Origin: an uncultured bacterium
GTDB taxonomy: Bacteria > Verrucomicrobiota > Verrucomicrobiia > Limisphaerales > UBA8199
NCBI GenBank assembly: GCA_963749495.1
Contig: CAVVMW010000021.1
Location: 96,001 to 160,000, forward strand
DNA: 64,000 nucleotides
Direction of reading: 5' to 3'
The position numbers and the translations under genes were made by a program. Each line of letters starts with the position of its first letter. Positions within the stretch are counted from its first letter, which is position 1. Below are positions 53,983 to 64,000 of this stretch, piece after piece. Below the pieces are notes generated by a model. That model ran no database searches. It was not told where the DNA came from and worked only from the letters and a program-made list of their open reading frames with translations.

Positions 53983-56900
53983 ATGAAATTCAATGACCGG
54001 GCTTGCGGAGGGTCTCATCGAACCTGGGCGTCCTGGGTTGCGGCCCTGCTCACTTTGGCTGCTCCTGTCTTCGCCCAGACGGCCGACTCGTTCAATCCGG
54101 CCCCAACAGTAACATCTGGGCCATCGCGGTGCAGACCGATGGCAAGGTCGTGGTTGGCGGCGACTTCACCTCGATTGCCTCGCAGGGGACCAACTACCTG
54201 GTACGGTTGATCGCCGACGGGACGTTCGACGCCAAGTTCAGCGGGAGCGCCGACGGGGAGGTCATGTGCCTGGCCATTCAACCCGACGGCAAGATCCTGG
54301 TAGGGGGCGTGTTCCAGAACCTGGCCGGGCAGGCCTGCACCAACCTCGGCCGGCTCAACACCGACGGGACGCTCGACACCAATTTTGTGGCGGCGCCCAA
54401 TGGGTATGTGCAGGCCTTGGCAGTGCAGGCCGATGGCACGGTCTTGTTCGGGGGCAACTTCGGCTCGGTCAACGGAACGCCGTGCAGCAACCTTGGCCGC
54501 CTCAAGGCCGACACGACGCTTGACCCCGCCTTCGCTCCAGATCCCGACCAGATGGTCAATAGCCTGGCCGTCCAGCCCGACGGCAAGATAGTCGTGGGCG
54601 GTGATTTCACCACGCTGGCCGGGCAGGCCTCCCTGCGCCTGGGCCGGCTCAACCCCGATGGCACGCTGGACAGCGCCTTTGCCCCTAACCCGGACAATTC
54701 GGTGCTCGCCGTCACGGTGCAATCCGACGGCAAGATCCTGGTTGGAGGCGCGTTTACGCAACTGGCCGGCCAAGCCCGCAGCAACTTGGGCCGGGTCAAT
54801 TCTGACGGGACCCTCGACGCGACGTTCAATCCCCGGCCCGACAGCATTGTATTCACGCTGGCCTTGCAGGCCGACGGCAATATCGTGGCGGGGGGCAATT
54901 TCCAGAACCTGGCCGGGCGGCCCACCCGTTTCATCGGGCGGCTGACCCCGTCCGGCAGCCTGGATCCGACATTCTCGATCAACGCCAACGGCGGCGTCGG
55001 CGCCCTTGCCATTCAGTCGGACGGCAAGATCATCGTGGCCGGCGGTTTTGCGCTCCTGGGCTCGCAGGTGCGCCCCTACCTGGGCCGGCTCAGTAATCCG
55101 ACTCCGCCGACCCAGAGCATCTCCTCGGACGGCAAGAGCATCACGTGGCTGCGGGGCGGCAGCAGTCCCGAGGTCTGGCGAACCACCTTCGAGAGGCTCA
55201 GCGGCACCAACTGGGTCAACCTGGGCGCCGGCACGCGCATCACCAACGGCTGGATCCTGGCGAACATCACCATGCCGCCAAATTCCCCCCTCCGCGCGCG
55301 CGGCTTCGTCGCCGGCGCATCGCTCAATGGCTCGGGGTGGTTCGTCGAAACCACCTCCGTCGCCCCCACGATTACCGGTCTGTCTGGGGGCTCGACGAAT
55401 CTTCCCGGCACCTCGGCCACATTCACCGTTCAAGCCGCCGGCACACCTGTTCTCTCCTACCAGTGGCGCAAGAACGGCATCAACCTGCGCGACGGCGGAA
55501 GTGTCTCCGGCTCCCTGACCCCCACCCTGACGCTGACCAACATCTCCGGCGCCGATCGCGCCGCTTACACGGTCGTCGTCAGCAGCCCCTTCGGCAGCGT
55601 GACCAGTGCGGCAGTCAACCTCGCGGTCCTCGACCCGTACATCTTGACGCAGCCGGCCAGCCTCACCAACAATGCCGGCACCCCGGCTGCGTTCAGCGTG
55701 TCGGCCCTGGGTACTGCCCCGATCACTTGCCAGTGGCGCAGGAACGGGACCAACCTGGTTGAGGGCGGCAACGCCTCCGGCACGCAAACCCCAACCCTGA
55801 CGCTCAGCAGTGTGTTCGGCGCAGACGCCGGCCCCTACACGGTCGTGCTGAGCGGCCCATACAGCAAGGTGGTCAGTTCGAACGCGACTTTGTCCGTCAT
55901 CGATCCGTTCATCACCCTCCAGCCTGCAGGCACGAACGTCGATGTCGGCCAGGAGGCCGACTTGAGCGTCACGGTCGCCGGCACGGCGCCCCTGAAGTTC
56001 CAGTGGCGCAAGAACGGCACCAACATTGCCTCGGCAACGGTTTCCGCATTCTCACTGACCAACGCCCAGCGCGCCAATATCGCCAACTACAACGTCGTCA
56101 TCACCAACGTCTTCGGCAAGACCACCAGCGCCGTCGCCCTGCTCACGGTGAACCTGGCTACGGTGGACGCGTGGAACCCGGGGGCGGACGGCGCCGTGTC
56201 CGCCGTCGCCCAGCAGCCAGATGGCAAGGTCCTGATCGGGGGCCAATTCACTATGCTGGGCGGCCAGCCGCGCCTGGGCCTGGGGCGGCTGCGCACCGAC
56301 GGCTCACCCGATGCCGGCTTCACTCCCGGCACCGACGGCGAGGTCACCGCCCTGACCGTCCAAATGGACGGGAAGATCCTGGTGGGCGGCGATTTTATGA
56401 ATTTGGCGGGCGCGCCGCGCAGTTTCCTGGGCCGGGTCGATGCCGCCGGGTCGCCCGATGATGCCTTCAATCCCAATGTCAACGGTATCGTCCGGGCGTT
56501 GGCTCTACAGGCCGACGGCAAGATTCTCGTGGGCGGCGAGTTTACGGCGGTCGGCGGCAGCCAGACCAACGGTTTCCTGGCCCGCCTCAATGGCGACGGC
56601 ACGCTCGACACGACTTTCAACCCGGCGCCCAACAACTCCGTTCTTGCCCTGGCCGTGCAGCTCGATGGCAAGATCGTGGCGGGCGGCCTCTTCACCGGGT
56701 TAGGCGGACAAACGCGCAATCGCATCGGCCGGCTTAATGCCGACGGCTCACTGGATGCCGGCTTCGATCCCGGTGCCGACAGTTGGGTTTACTGCCTGGC
56801 CGTGCAACCTGACGGCAAGATCCTGGTGGGCGGCGTCTTCAACACGCTGGGCGGCCAAACTCGCCTGTGCGCCGGCCGCGTCAATGCCGACGGTTCGCTG

Positions 56901-57680
56901 GATGCCGGCTTTAATCCCAATGCCAACAACATCGTCTGTTGCCTGGCCCCGCAGGTTGACGGCAAGGTCATCCTGGGCGGCAGTTTCACCACCTTGGCCG
57001 GCCAGTCTCATAAGTTCATCGGCCGCGTCAATACCAACGGTTCGCTGGATGGCACCTTCGGCCCGGGGGCCGACAGCCCGATCGCGACCCTGGCCCTCCA
57101 GAGCGACGGCACCCTCCTTGCCGGCGGCCAGTTCAGCCTCCTCAACGAACAACCCCGCGCTTACGTCGGGCGCCTCCTCCCCACCGATCCCGCCACGGAC
57201 TTCCTCCAGTTCGACGGCTCGACTATCACCTGGGTCCGCACCGGCACCTGCCCCGAGGCCTGGCACACCACCTTCGAGACCTATGTCGCAGATACCGGCT
57301 GGGTGGACCTGGGCGCCACCGCCCGCATCACCAACGGTTGGCAACTGGCCGGACTGGGCCTGTCCCGCGACGCCCAGATCCGCACGCGGGCCTACATCGC
57401 AGGGAGCGGTTCCTCCTTCTGGTTCGTCGAGCGCTCCCAGCCGACCCTGGTCCTGACCCCGCCGGCGATTCTCCACGACGCCGCCTTCGGCTTCCAGGCA
57501 AACCAGTTCGCCTTCAATGTCACCGGCAGCCTCGGACAGAGCGTGGTCATCCAGGCCTCGACTAACCTGGTGGACTGGACCGTCTTGACCAACTTCACTC
57601 TGGGCAGCGGCCCGTTCCTGTTCACCGACCCCAATGCCCCCGGCTTCCCCATCCGGTTCTACCGCCTGACCCAGCCATAG
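53983..57680 (+). CDS. Surface protein: two delta-60 repeat beta-propellers, three Ig-like domains, verrucomicrobial C-terminal domain (apparent frameshift near 54100)
   Basis: Repeated AVQPDGKILVGG.F...RLN.DG.LD..F.P; YQWRKNG Ig repeats; VIQASTNLVDW...RFYRL. Confidence 0.9.
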
Positions 57681-57683
57681 GAT

Positions 57684-59081
57684 ATGGCTGACGAGACCAA
57701 AGGCACCAACCAGAAGGCGCTGCAAATCAACCTCGACGCGCGGCGCTATGGCACCTTTGCGGAGATTGGCGCAGGCCAGGAGGTGGCCCGGTGGTTCTTC
57801 CGCGTCGGCGGGGCCGCCGGGACCGTGGCCAAGACGATCTCGGCGTATGACATGGCGGTGAGCGATGGGATCTACGGGCCGACGGATCGGTATGTGAGCC
57901 GGCGGCGCCTGCAGGCGATGCTGGATTGCGAGTACCAACTGCTCCTGGAGCGGCTGGCACAAAGCCGCGGCGCCACGGCGGCCTTCTTCGTCTTTGCGGA
58001 CACGGTGGCGACCCGCCGCGCCGAGGGCCACGGCTGGCTGGGGATCCGGTTTCAGGCCGAGCCCGGAGCCGACCCCTCGGAGATCTTCATCCACGTGCGG
58101 ATGCTGGACCGGGAGACGGTGGACCAGCAGGAGGCCCTTGGGGCCATCGGGGTGAACCTGATCCACGGCGCCTTTTACCTCCAGCGCCAGCCGGAGGCGC
58201 TGATCCGCGCGTTGCTGGACAACCTGACCTGGGAGCGGGTCGAGGTGGACATGATCCGTTTTGCCGGCCCCGCCTTTGGGCGTCTGGACGACCGTTTGCT
58301 GGCCCTGCAACTGGTCCGGCAGGGCCTGACCGAGGCCGCCATGTTCACCGCCAAGGGCGAGGCCATCCAGTGGGCCGAGGTGCTCTACAAGAAGCCGGTC
58401 CTGGTCCAGCGCGGCAGCTTCCGCCCCATGACCAAGGCCACGCTGGACGTGCTTGAACGCGGCCTCGACCAGTTCGTGCAGGAGCCCGGCCTCCAGGGCG
58501 AATCGCCGGTCGTGCTCATGGAAATGACCTTGCGCCACCTGACCACCGGCGGCGAGATCGAGGAGAAGGATTTCCTGCACCGGGCGGACATGCTGGGGGC
58601 GTTGGGCCGGACGGTGCTGGTCTCCAACTTCCGGCGGTTCCATCGCCTGGCGTCCTACCTCTCCCGCTATACGAACCGGCCGATCGGCCTGCCCCTGGGC
58701 GCCTCCAAGCTCGGGGAGATCCTCGACGAGCGCTTTTACAACGAGAACGAAGGCGGGCTGCTGGGCGGCCTGGGCCAGCTCTTCAAGAACCCGGCGCGGC
58801 TCTATGTCTATCCCAGCCTGGATTTCAAGTCCGGCCGCGTCATCACCGGCGACAATTTCCCCGTCGCGCCCCATCTGAAGCATCTCCAGGCCTATCTCCT
58901 GGAGAATCGCTTCATCCAGCCCATTGCCCGCTACAACCCGGACCTCCTTCGCATCCGCTCCGCCGACGTGCTCGCCCGCATCCGATCGGGCGATCCCTCC
59001 TGGGAGACCCTCGTGCCCCAGCCCATTGTGGAGGTGATCAAACGCAAAGGGCTGTTCGGAACCGTCACCGGCACCGCGTAG
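57684..59081 (+). CDS. Conserved hypothetical protein, nucleotidyltransferase-like C-terminal half
   Basis: YGTFAEIGAGQEVARWFFRVGGAAGTVAK; RGSFRP.T motif resembling the HIGH-type N-terminal loop; no signal peptide. Confidence 0.65.
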   Translation: MADETKGTNQKALQINLDARRYGTFAEIGAGQEVARWFFRVGGAAGTVAKTISAYDMAVSDGIYGPTDRYVSRRRLQAMLDCEYQLLLERLAQSRGATAAFFVFADTVATRRAEGHGWLGIRFQAEPGADPSEIFIHVRMLDRETVDQQEALGAIGVNLIHGAFYLQRQPEALIRALLDNLTWERVEVDMIRFAGPAFGRLDDRLLALQLVRQGLTEAAMFTAKGEAIQWAEVLYKKPVLVQRGSFRPMTKATLDVLERGLDQFVQEPGLQGESPVVLMEMTLRHLTTGGEIEEKDFLHRADMLGALGRTVLVSNFRRFHRLASYLSRYTNRPIGLPLGASKLGEILDERFYNENEGGLLGGLGQLFKNPARLYVYPSLDFKSGRVITGDNFPVAPHLKHLQAYLLENRFIQPIARYNPDLLRIRSADVLARIRSGDPSWETLVPQPIVEVIKRKGLFGTVTGTA

Positions 59082-59460
59082 CGGTGCGTGATGGCAGACT
59101 GGAAGTCCACGGCTACCATCGGCCCGCTGCGCGGTGAACCGGACGCAGCGCGCGCGTCGCGTAGCGACGCCGTGAAGGTAGCCGTGGACCTCGGTCCACG
59201 GTTCGGGGCATCGGGATGGTGCGGCGTCGCGTAGCGACGCCTGACGGACTGGCGCTGGCAGCTCTGATCCGCTTTTCAGGCGTCGCTACGCAACGCGGTC
59301 GAGCTTGGGCCATGGGTCCGTGGACTGGAAGTCCACGGCTACCATCGGCCACCGCTACGCGGTGAGGCGGCCGCCGTCAGGCGTTGCTACGCGACGCCCG
59401 GCCATTCCTACGCCCCAACCGTGGACCGAGGTCCACGGCTGCCTTCACTGCGTCGCTGCG
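59076..59460. repeat. REP/BIME-like cluster between convergent genes
   Basis: Several GCGTCGCGTAGCGACGC and CCGTGGAC..GTCCACGG palindromes; same family as 39628-39823. Confidence 0.9.
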
Positions 59461-61122
59461 CGGCGCTCGCGCCGCGCCAGGTCCTCCTCCAACGTCCTGC
59501 GGATGTCGCGAAAGAGGTTCTCGGCCAATTGCCGGCGGCCTTCCTGGGTGAGGTGGACAAAGTCGATGAATTTTTCGTGTACCCCATCGAGGCCGGGGTG
59601 GGTATCGGCCGGGCAGATTTGCGGGTATTGGCGGGCCAGGGCCTGGATGAGCCTGTGAATGCACCTCATTGGCCTTGACCATCCAGGCGACAGCCGGAAA
59701 GCGCGTTCCGTAAAACTCGAGCAACTCCGGGGCGCTCCGCTCGTTGACAGCCATCGAGAAATTGGCCAGGACCAGCCGGATGCCGTTGGTTTGCGCGGCC
59801 TCAATCAACTGGCGATAGGCCCGGGCGTACTTGGACTGCGTCACGTCCATAAGGTTGGGCCGGGGATGCGCCGGGTTCAGAGTCTGCCGGCGCCGGTGAT
59901 AGAGGATCTTCAGGCGGTACTCGCAGTCGGCCAGGAGTTTCAAGGGTCTGGGTTTATAGACCGGCGGTGCGCGGCTGCTCATCGAGGGGACCGATTCATC
60001 GAACAGGCGGAAGCCATTGAGGCCGTGATAGGAGATGATCATGTCAGGCTCAAGAGGCAGCAGGTCGGAGCGCAACCGCAGAAGGTTCTGTTCCAGGTTG
60101 AACAGGGGCAGGCCCGCGTTGATGACTTGCACCGCGCGCGGTGGCCGGAGCCGCTCCCGGATCATCTGCTCGAGCAACTCCGGCCACGGTTTGTCGTCCG
60201 GGACCAAAGTACACCCGAAAGTAGTGGACTCGCCCAGGGCGATGATGCGATAGGCACTGCCCTTTTCCCTGGCGATTTCCTTGCCGCGAAACCCCAGGCT
60301 GTTGACCGAGACACAGCTTTGAAACAGGCGCCCCCGGCTGCCGGGCCACAACCGATACGGCAGGACCCCGTCCGGGTCCGGCATGAACACCGCTTTGGCC
60401 ATGACGTCCCATTGGGCCACAAAGTAGTTCCACCAGCGCCGGAAGGCCTCCGGGTCCCGTTTGGCCGCTTCAAACGACAAGACCATCGGGCCGGGCTGGG
60501 GCCGGGCATCGGTGCGCTGCGCCGGGCGGACTAGCCAATCCGCGATGGGCAGCCCGATGAGGAGCAAGAGCAGCGTGTTGGCCGCCTGGACCCCAAGCCC
60601 GGGCAGCCGGAACCATGCCTTGCACCACGCCAGCAGCGCCACCCCCAGCAGCAACCCGCAGTAGAACTGGCCCTGGAGGTTCTGCCCGTAAGAACCGGCC
60701 AACCAGAGCAAATCGCCCAGGAAGGCCCACGCCACACTCAGGATCTTGTAGTGTACCCTTGGCCCCGAACAGCCCGGGTCCAGCGCCCCTGCCAGCAGCA
60801 CGGCCGACATCAACAGCGCGACCGCTGCGTAATAGCCCCCAAGGGTGTAAGACGGCGCTCCCCCCGGCAGCAGACTGGCCGGCACAGCCACGCTGCACGC
60901 CCAAAGGGCCGTGGCAATCCCGAGCCGAAGCCATTTCTTTTCCCAAGCGCGCGCGCCCAGCATGCGCGCGGCGCTCGCCCCAGCCCCCAGCAAGCCCAGG
61001 CACACCACCGCCAACGCCGGCAGGTTCCACAGGCCCAGCACCACTGCGCAACCGCCGGCCAGCACCTGGAGCACAAGCAGGATTCGACTCAGCGGCATAA
61101 CGTCATTCAAACAAAGTGCCAT
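59445..61122 (-). CDS. Membrane-anchored SGNH hydrolase (apparent frameshift near 59655)
   Basis: About 7 TM segments; NSLGFRG, ALGESTTFG, VINAG, YHGLN; FIDFVHLTQEG in ORF 59445..59804. Confidence 0.82.
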
Positions 61123-61266
61123 CGCCCGGCCCCTGCCGGAGCAGGCCGATACAGTATTGTCGGCGGGACCGAGGATGACAAGCTTGCACGGGATGCGATT
61201 AGAACTGTCGATCGGGCGCATCTGGCGGGCATCAGCACGCGAGAGAGAAGCGCGGGTCCCAGTTCA

Positions 61267-61368
61267 GTAGCCCGAAGGGCTTCTGATCACTCAGCCCAGG
61301 GTTGCGCGGGACGCGCTACCCTGGGTCCTGCGCCATCTTGCCCACCTACCCCGAATGGGGTTGCATCC
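61267..61368. repeat. REP-like hairpin cluster
   Basis: gcccgaagggc, cccagggttgcgcg..cgcgctaccctggg, accccgaatggggt. Confidence 0.65.
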
Positions 61369-61434
61369 CAGCAAAAGGCAAAAGCAATAACATGGTCCAT
61401 TTCTCTTGACTTCCCGCCTCAAGCTCCGGCACAG

Positions 61435-61679
61435 GTTGGAACGAGGCCGACTTCGTTTCACGGCCCAAGAGCGATCCGACCAGGCTCGGCATGGCGGCGC
61501 GCCACCGGCGGGAGACGACGCTGTCGATCAAAGGGCTCGCCGCGCGCCTCCATTTGGGCACGTCCAAAAGCGCGAACATCCGCTTGCGCGCGGCAGTGGC
61601 ACCGGCTGTGCCTGCGGGGCCACCCCAAGGCCGCCTCGGATTATGAACAAAAACGCACCATGTTCTGGCTGACCCCTTT
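61435..61679 (+). pseudogene. C-terminal remnant of a REP-associated/Y1 transposase-like gene with its TGACCCC end
   Basis: GWNEADFVSRPKSDPTRLGMAARHRRETTLSIKGLAARLHLGTSKSANIRL (HTH-like tail), no N-terminus; ggctgaccccttt at ~61667-61679. Confidence 0.55.
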
Positions 61680-61912
61680 CGTGGCAGTGCGCGCACCGCC
61701 CCTATGAGGAGTTCGAGGAGATTTACGCGGACGCTGGTGCAGCGACAAGGTGCGCGGCCTCCGCCACGGAGGGCTGCCGCCAGAGTTGGCCCCCAGCTGC
61801 CGAGCGTTTCCCGGCCACCGCCCCTCAAGCTCCCGTCAAAGAAATGGCGCAACCTAACCTGTCCCGCCGTAGCTCCAGCGAAGGCGGACGTGTCCCGCCG
61901 TAGCTTTAGGAA

Positions 61913-62225
61913 TCGCAAAATCGGCGCAAAATCGGGGCGCAAAATCGGGGCGCAAAATCGGGGTCACAAAATCGGGGTCCGGGGTCACAAAATCGGGGTC
62001 ACGGGGTCACAAAATCGGGGTCACACAAAATTGGGGTCAGGTCACACAAAATTGGGGTCACACACACAAAATTGCACACACAAAATTGGCACAAAATTGG
62101 GGTCAGATCTATACTTTGTTACAAAGGTCACACAAACAAAATTGGGGTCAGATCTACACAAACAAAATTGGGGTCAGATCTATACTTTGTTACAATGTGA
62201 GTCTGGAAACGAAACGGGGTCAGTC
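61913..62225. repeat. Irregular stuttering array of CAAAAT(C/T)GGGGTCA units
   Basis: More than a dozen partial units of varying length, longest ggggtcagatctatactttgttaca (x2). Confidence 0.9.
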
Positions 62226-62295
62226 CCGCATTTTCGCATGTTGCCACTTTCTGATACCAGGAGGCCAGCATGGGCGCCGATCCGAACGCGTGAGT

Positions 62296-62669
62296 TTCAC
62301 GGTCCGTTGCAACGCCCTGAACCGGCCCACAAACATGGTGGACGAGGCGGGCAGGACGCTCTATACTTATGACGGCCTGGGACAGGTCCTCAGCGAGGCC
62401 CGCCCATGGTTCTACGACAGCGTGAGCAACTACACCTACGACAACTCGGGCCAGTTGAAGAGCGCCATCGGCCACGAGCCCAGCGGCGGGGCGAGCCGGC
62501 TTCAGGAGCAGTTGGGGTATGCCTATGACGCAGCGGGCAACCTGAACTGGCGGACCAACAACGCGCTTTACGAGCACTTCACGGTCAACCCAGCCAATGA
62601 ACTGAGCAACTCTGTCCCCAGCGGGACGCTCACCGTCGCCGACGCCACGACCGCCCTGGCGACCAACGT
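62296..62669 (+). pseudogene. Rhs/YD-repeat internal fragment
   Basis: NALNRPTNMVDEAGRTLYTYDGLGQ, NYTYDNSGQL, GYAYDAAGNL; no start, no core end. Confidence 0.8.
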
Positions 62670-62672
62670 AAA

Positions 62673-62740
62673 GGGGTCAGTTAATGAGAATGTACTATTC
62701 TGATCAAAGTGCCTATATGACAATCTCATTAACCGACCCC
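62673..62740. repeat. 68-bp palindromic element GGGGTC...GACCCC
   Basis: ggggtcagttaatgagaatgt / acaatctcattaaccgacccc, 21-bp IR with 2 mismatches. Confidence 0.85.
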
Positions 62741-63570
62741 ATTCTGAACTACGTGGCGTGCTCGATGCCCCGCACGGATAGGTTCACGACTGGCAATTGG
62801 CGGACGGCGCGCTGTGCGAGCAACTATTGACACACTCGCTGGATCCCTTGTACATCTCCGCGTAGGTGTACTGGAAGTTGACGGGGAGGAAGCCGAAGAG
62901 TTCGCGTGTGAAATCGAGCGTCTCCTGGCGCATCTTCCTGGTCGCTCACCCGCGGACACACTCAGAGTTGGTTATGATGGAACCTGCCGCAGAGGCGCAG
63001 CTATGTATAGGCGCCCATGGGGATGTTGCCAATTGGCGCCAATTGGCAACATTTTCCCTTCCGGCGCGCCTGCATTCCACGCGCCCGACTGCGAAGGCGT
63101 GGTTGACCGCGATGAACCGCTCCGGCAGACGCTGACGCTCGGTGAGGCTGGGACGCTTGAGGCGGCCGCCGCGCGCGACCCTGGCGCCGGTGGCCGATCC
63201 CAAGTGACTGAGCGGTTCGTTCACTCGCACATCAGCTTTCACACTCGGGGCCATCGCGCGGACGGCATATTAGAGAACGATCCACGCCCCAACTCGAAGC
63301 AGAAGCAATGCTTGGAATGGTTGTTGCTACTCGAGCAACTGCAGCGCGACGGCGGATTCGCCCGCTTCGTCTTGCTCGAGCTCGAATGCGCTAAATCGCG
63401 AGCACAGGTTCAAAACTCGCTGGCGGTCTTGAAATCTTGGCTGAATGCGGTATGCTCCGTAGTGGCCTGATCTCGCTCATCGGCAACACGACCTCGTTTT
63501 TTGTGGGCGTCATCGCCAGCGGGGCGCCTTGGAGGATCCACGATTACCCTGCGAATTGACGGCTGGAGGA

Positions 63571-63786
63571 ATGGTGGTGAAGCTCGTGCATATTCCGCTG
63601 AGGCGGAAGCAGGTCAAGACCGGCCTCGCCGTGCTTCTCCTCGCCATCGTTAGGCTGACGGCATGGGAGGGGTTGCGCACGCACGAGCAGGAACCGATTT
63701 ACTGCGACAAACCCTTGGGCTACTGGATGGGACTTGTGCGGTTTGGCGTTTCTGCGGCTGTTATTTGGGTAGATGAACAACAATGA
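63571..63786 (+). pseudogene. Short membrane-anchored ORF, probably the truncated N-terminus of a larger protein
   Basis: RRKQVKTGLAVLLLAIV...EPIYCDKPLGYW resembles the EPxYxGKxLxxW start of verrucomicrobial HEAT-repeat proteins. Confidence 0.4.
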
Positions 63787-64000
63787 CACAGAACTGCTCC
63801 GGCGCTACGTGACAGAACGCTCGGAAGCCGCTTTTGCCGAGTTGGTCAGGCGGTATATCGATCTTGTCTATTCAGCGGCCTTGCGGCAGGTGTTTGGAGA
63901 CGAGCAACAGGCCGAGGATGTTACCCAGGTGGTGTTTTCCGACCTGGCGCGCAAATCACACCGGTTAATGAGGCACACGTCGTTCGCAGGCTGGCTCTAT
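63773..64000 (+). CDS. ECF sigma-70 factor, N-terminal part (runs off window)
   Basis: MNNNDTELLRRYVTERSEAAFAELVRRYIDLVYSAALRQV...AEDVTQVVFSDLARK...GWLY. Confidence 0.9.
   Translation, partial: MNNNDTELLRRYVTERSEAAFAELVRRYIDLVYSAALRQVFGDEQQAEDVTQVVFSDLARKSHRLMRHTSFAGWLY

Noticed and set aside
54100..57200. Nucleotide repeats suggesting a DGR or repeat array
   Set aside because: Explained by delta-60 and Ig protein repeats; no reverse transcriptase and no adenine-specific TR/VR pair seen
61913..62225. CRISPR array
   Set aside because: No constant-length repeat, no unique spacers and no cas genes in the window

Overview
A GC-rich bacterial chromosome segment. Gene content (DUF1501/DUF1549-DUF1553, prepilin-type H-X9-DG protein, Minf_1886-like protein, delta-60/Ig surface protein, typical ECF sigma factors) points to Verrucomicrobiota; this is an inference from family recognition. 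It opens with the end of the spc/alpha ribosomal operon (secY-map-infA-rpmJ-rpsM-rpsK-rpsD-rpoA-rplQ). It continues with an ECF sigma/anti-sigma unit, a ClpX-like ATPase, a candidate type II restriction-modification pair, many carbohydrate and cell-envelope enzymes, and a decayed mobile/Rhs region at the right end. About 16 single-base frameshifts, including in essential genes, are best explained as sequencing indels. The most unusual signal is non-coding. Many intergenic gaps hold a palindromic element, from ten or more distinct families. Two of them still enclose a collapsed remnant of a gene: an N-plus-C-terminal mini-ORF resembling a GxxExxY nuclease (41105-41267) and an IS200-like TnpA N-terminus (5305-5576). 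Other notable items are a stuttering GGGGTCA end array beside an Rhs fragment (61913-62740), a promoter/hairpin/U-tract sRNA candidate displaying an anti-Shine-Dalgarno loop (50890-51007), and an EF-P-like fragment fused to an M14 peptidase. All family assignments come from motif recognition by eye, not from database searches.
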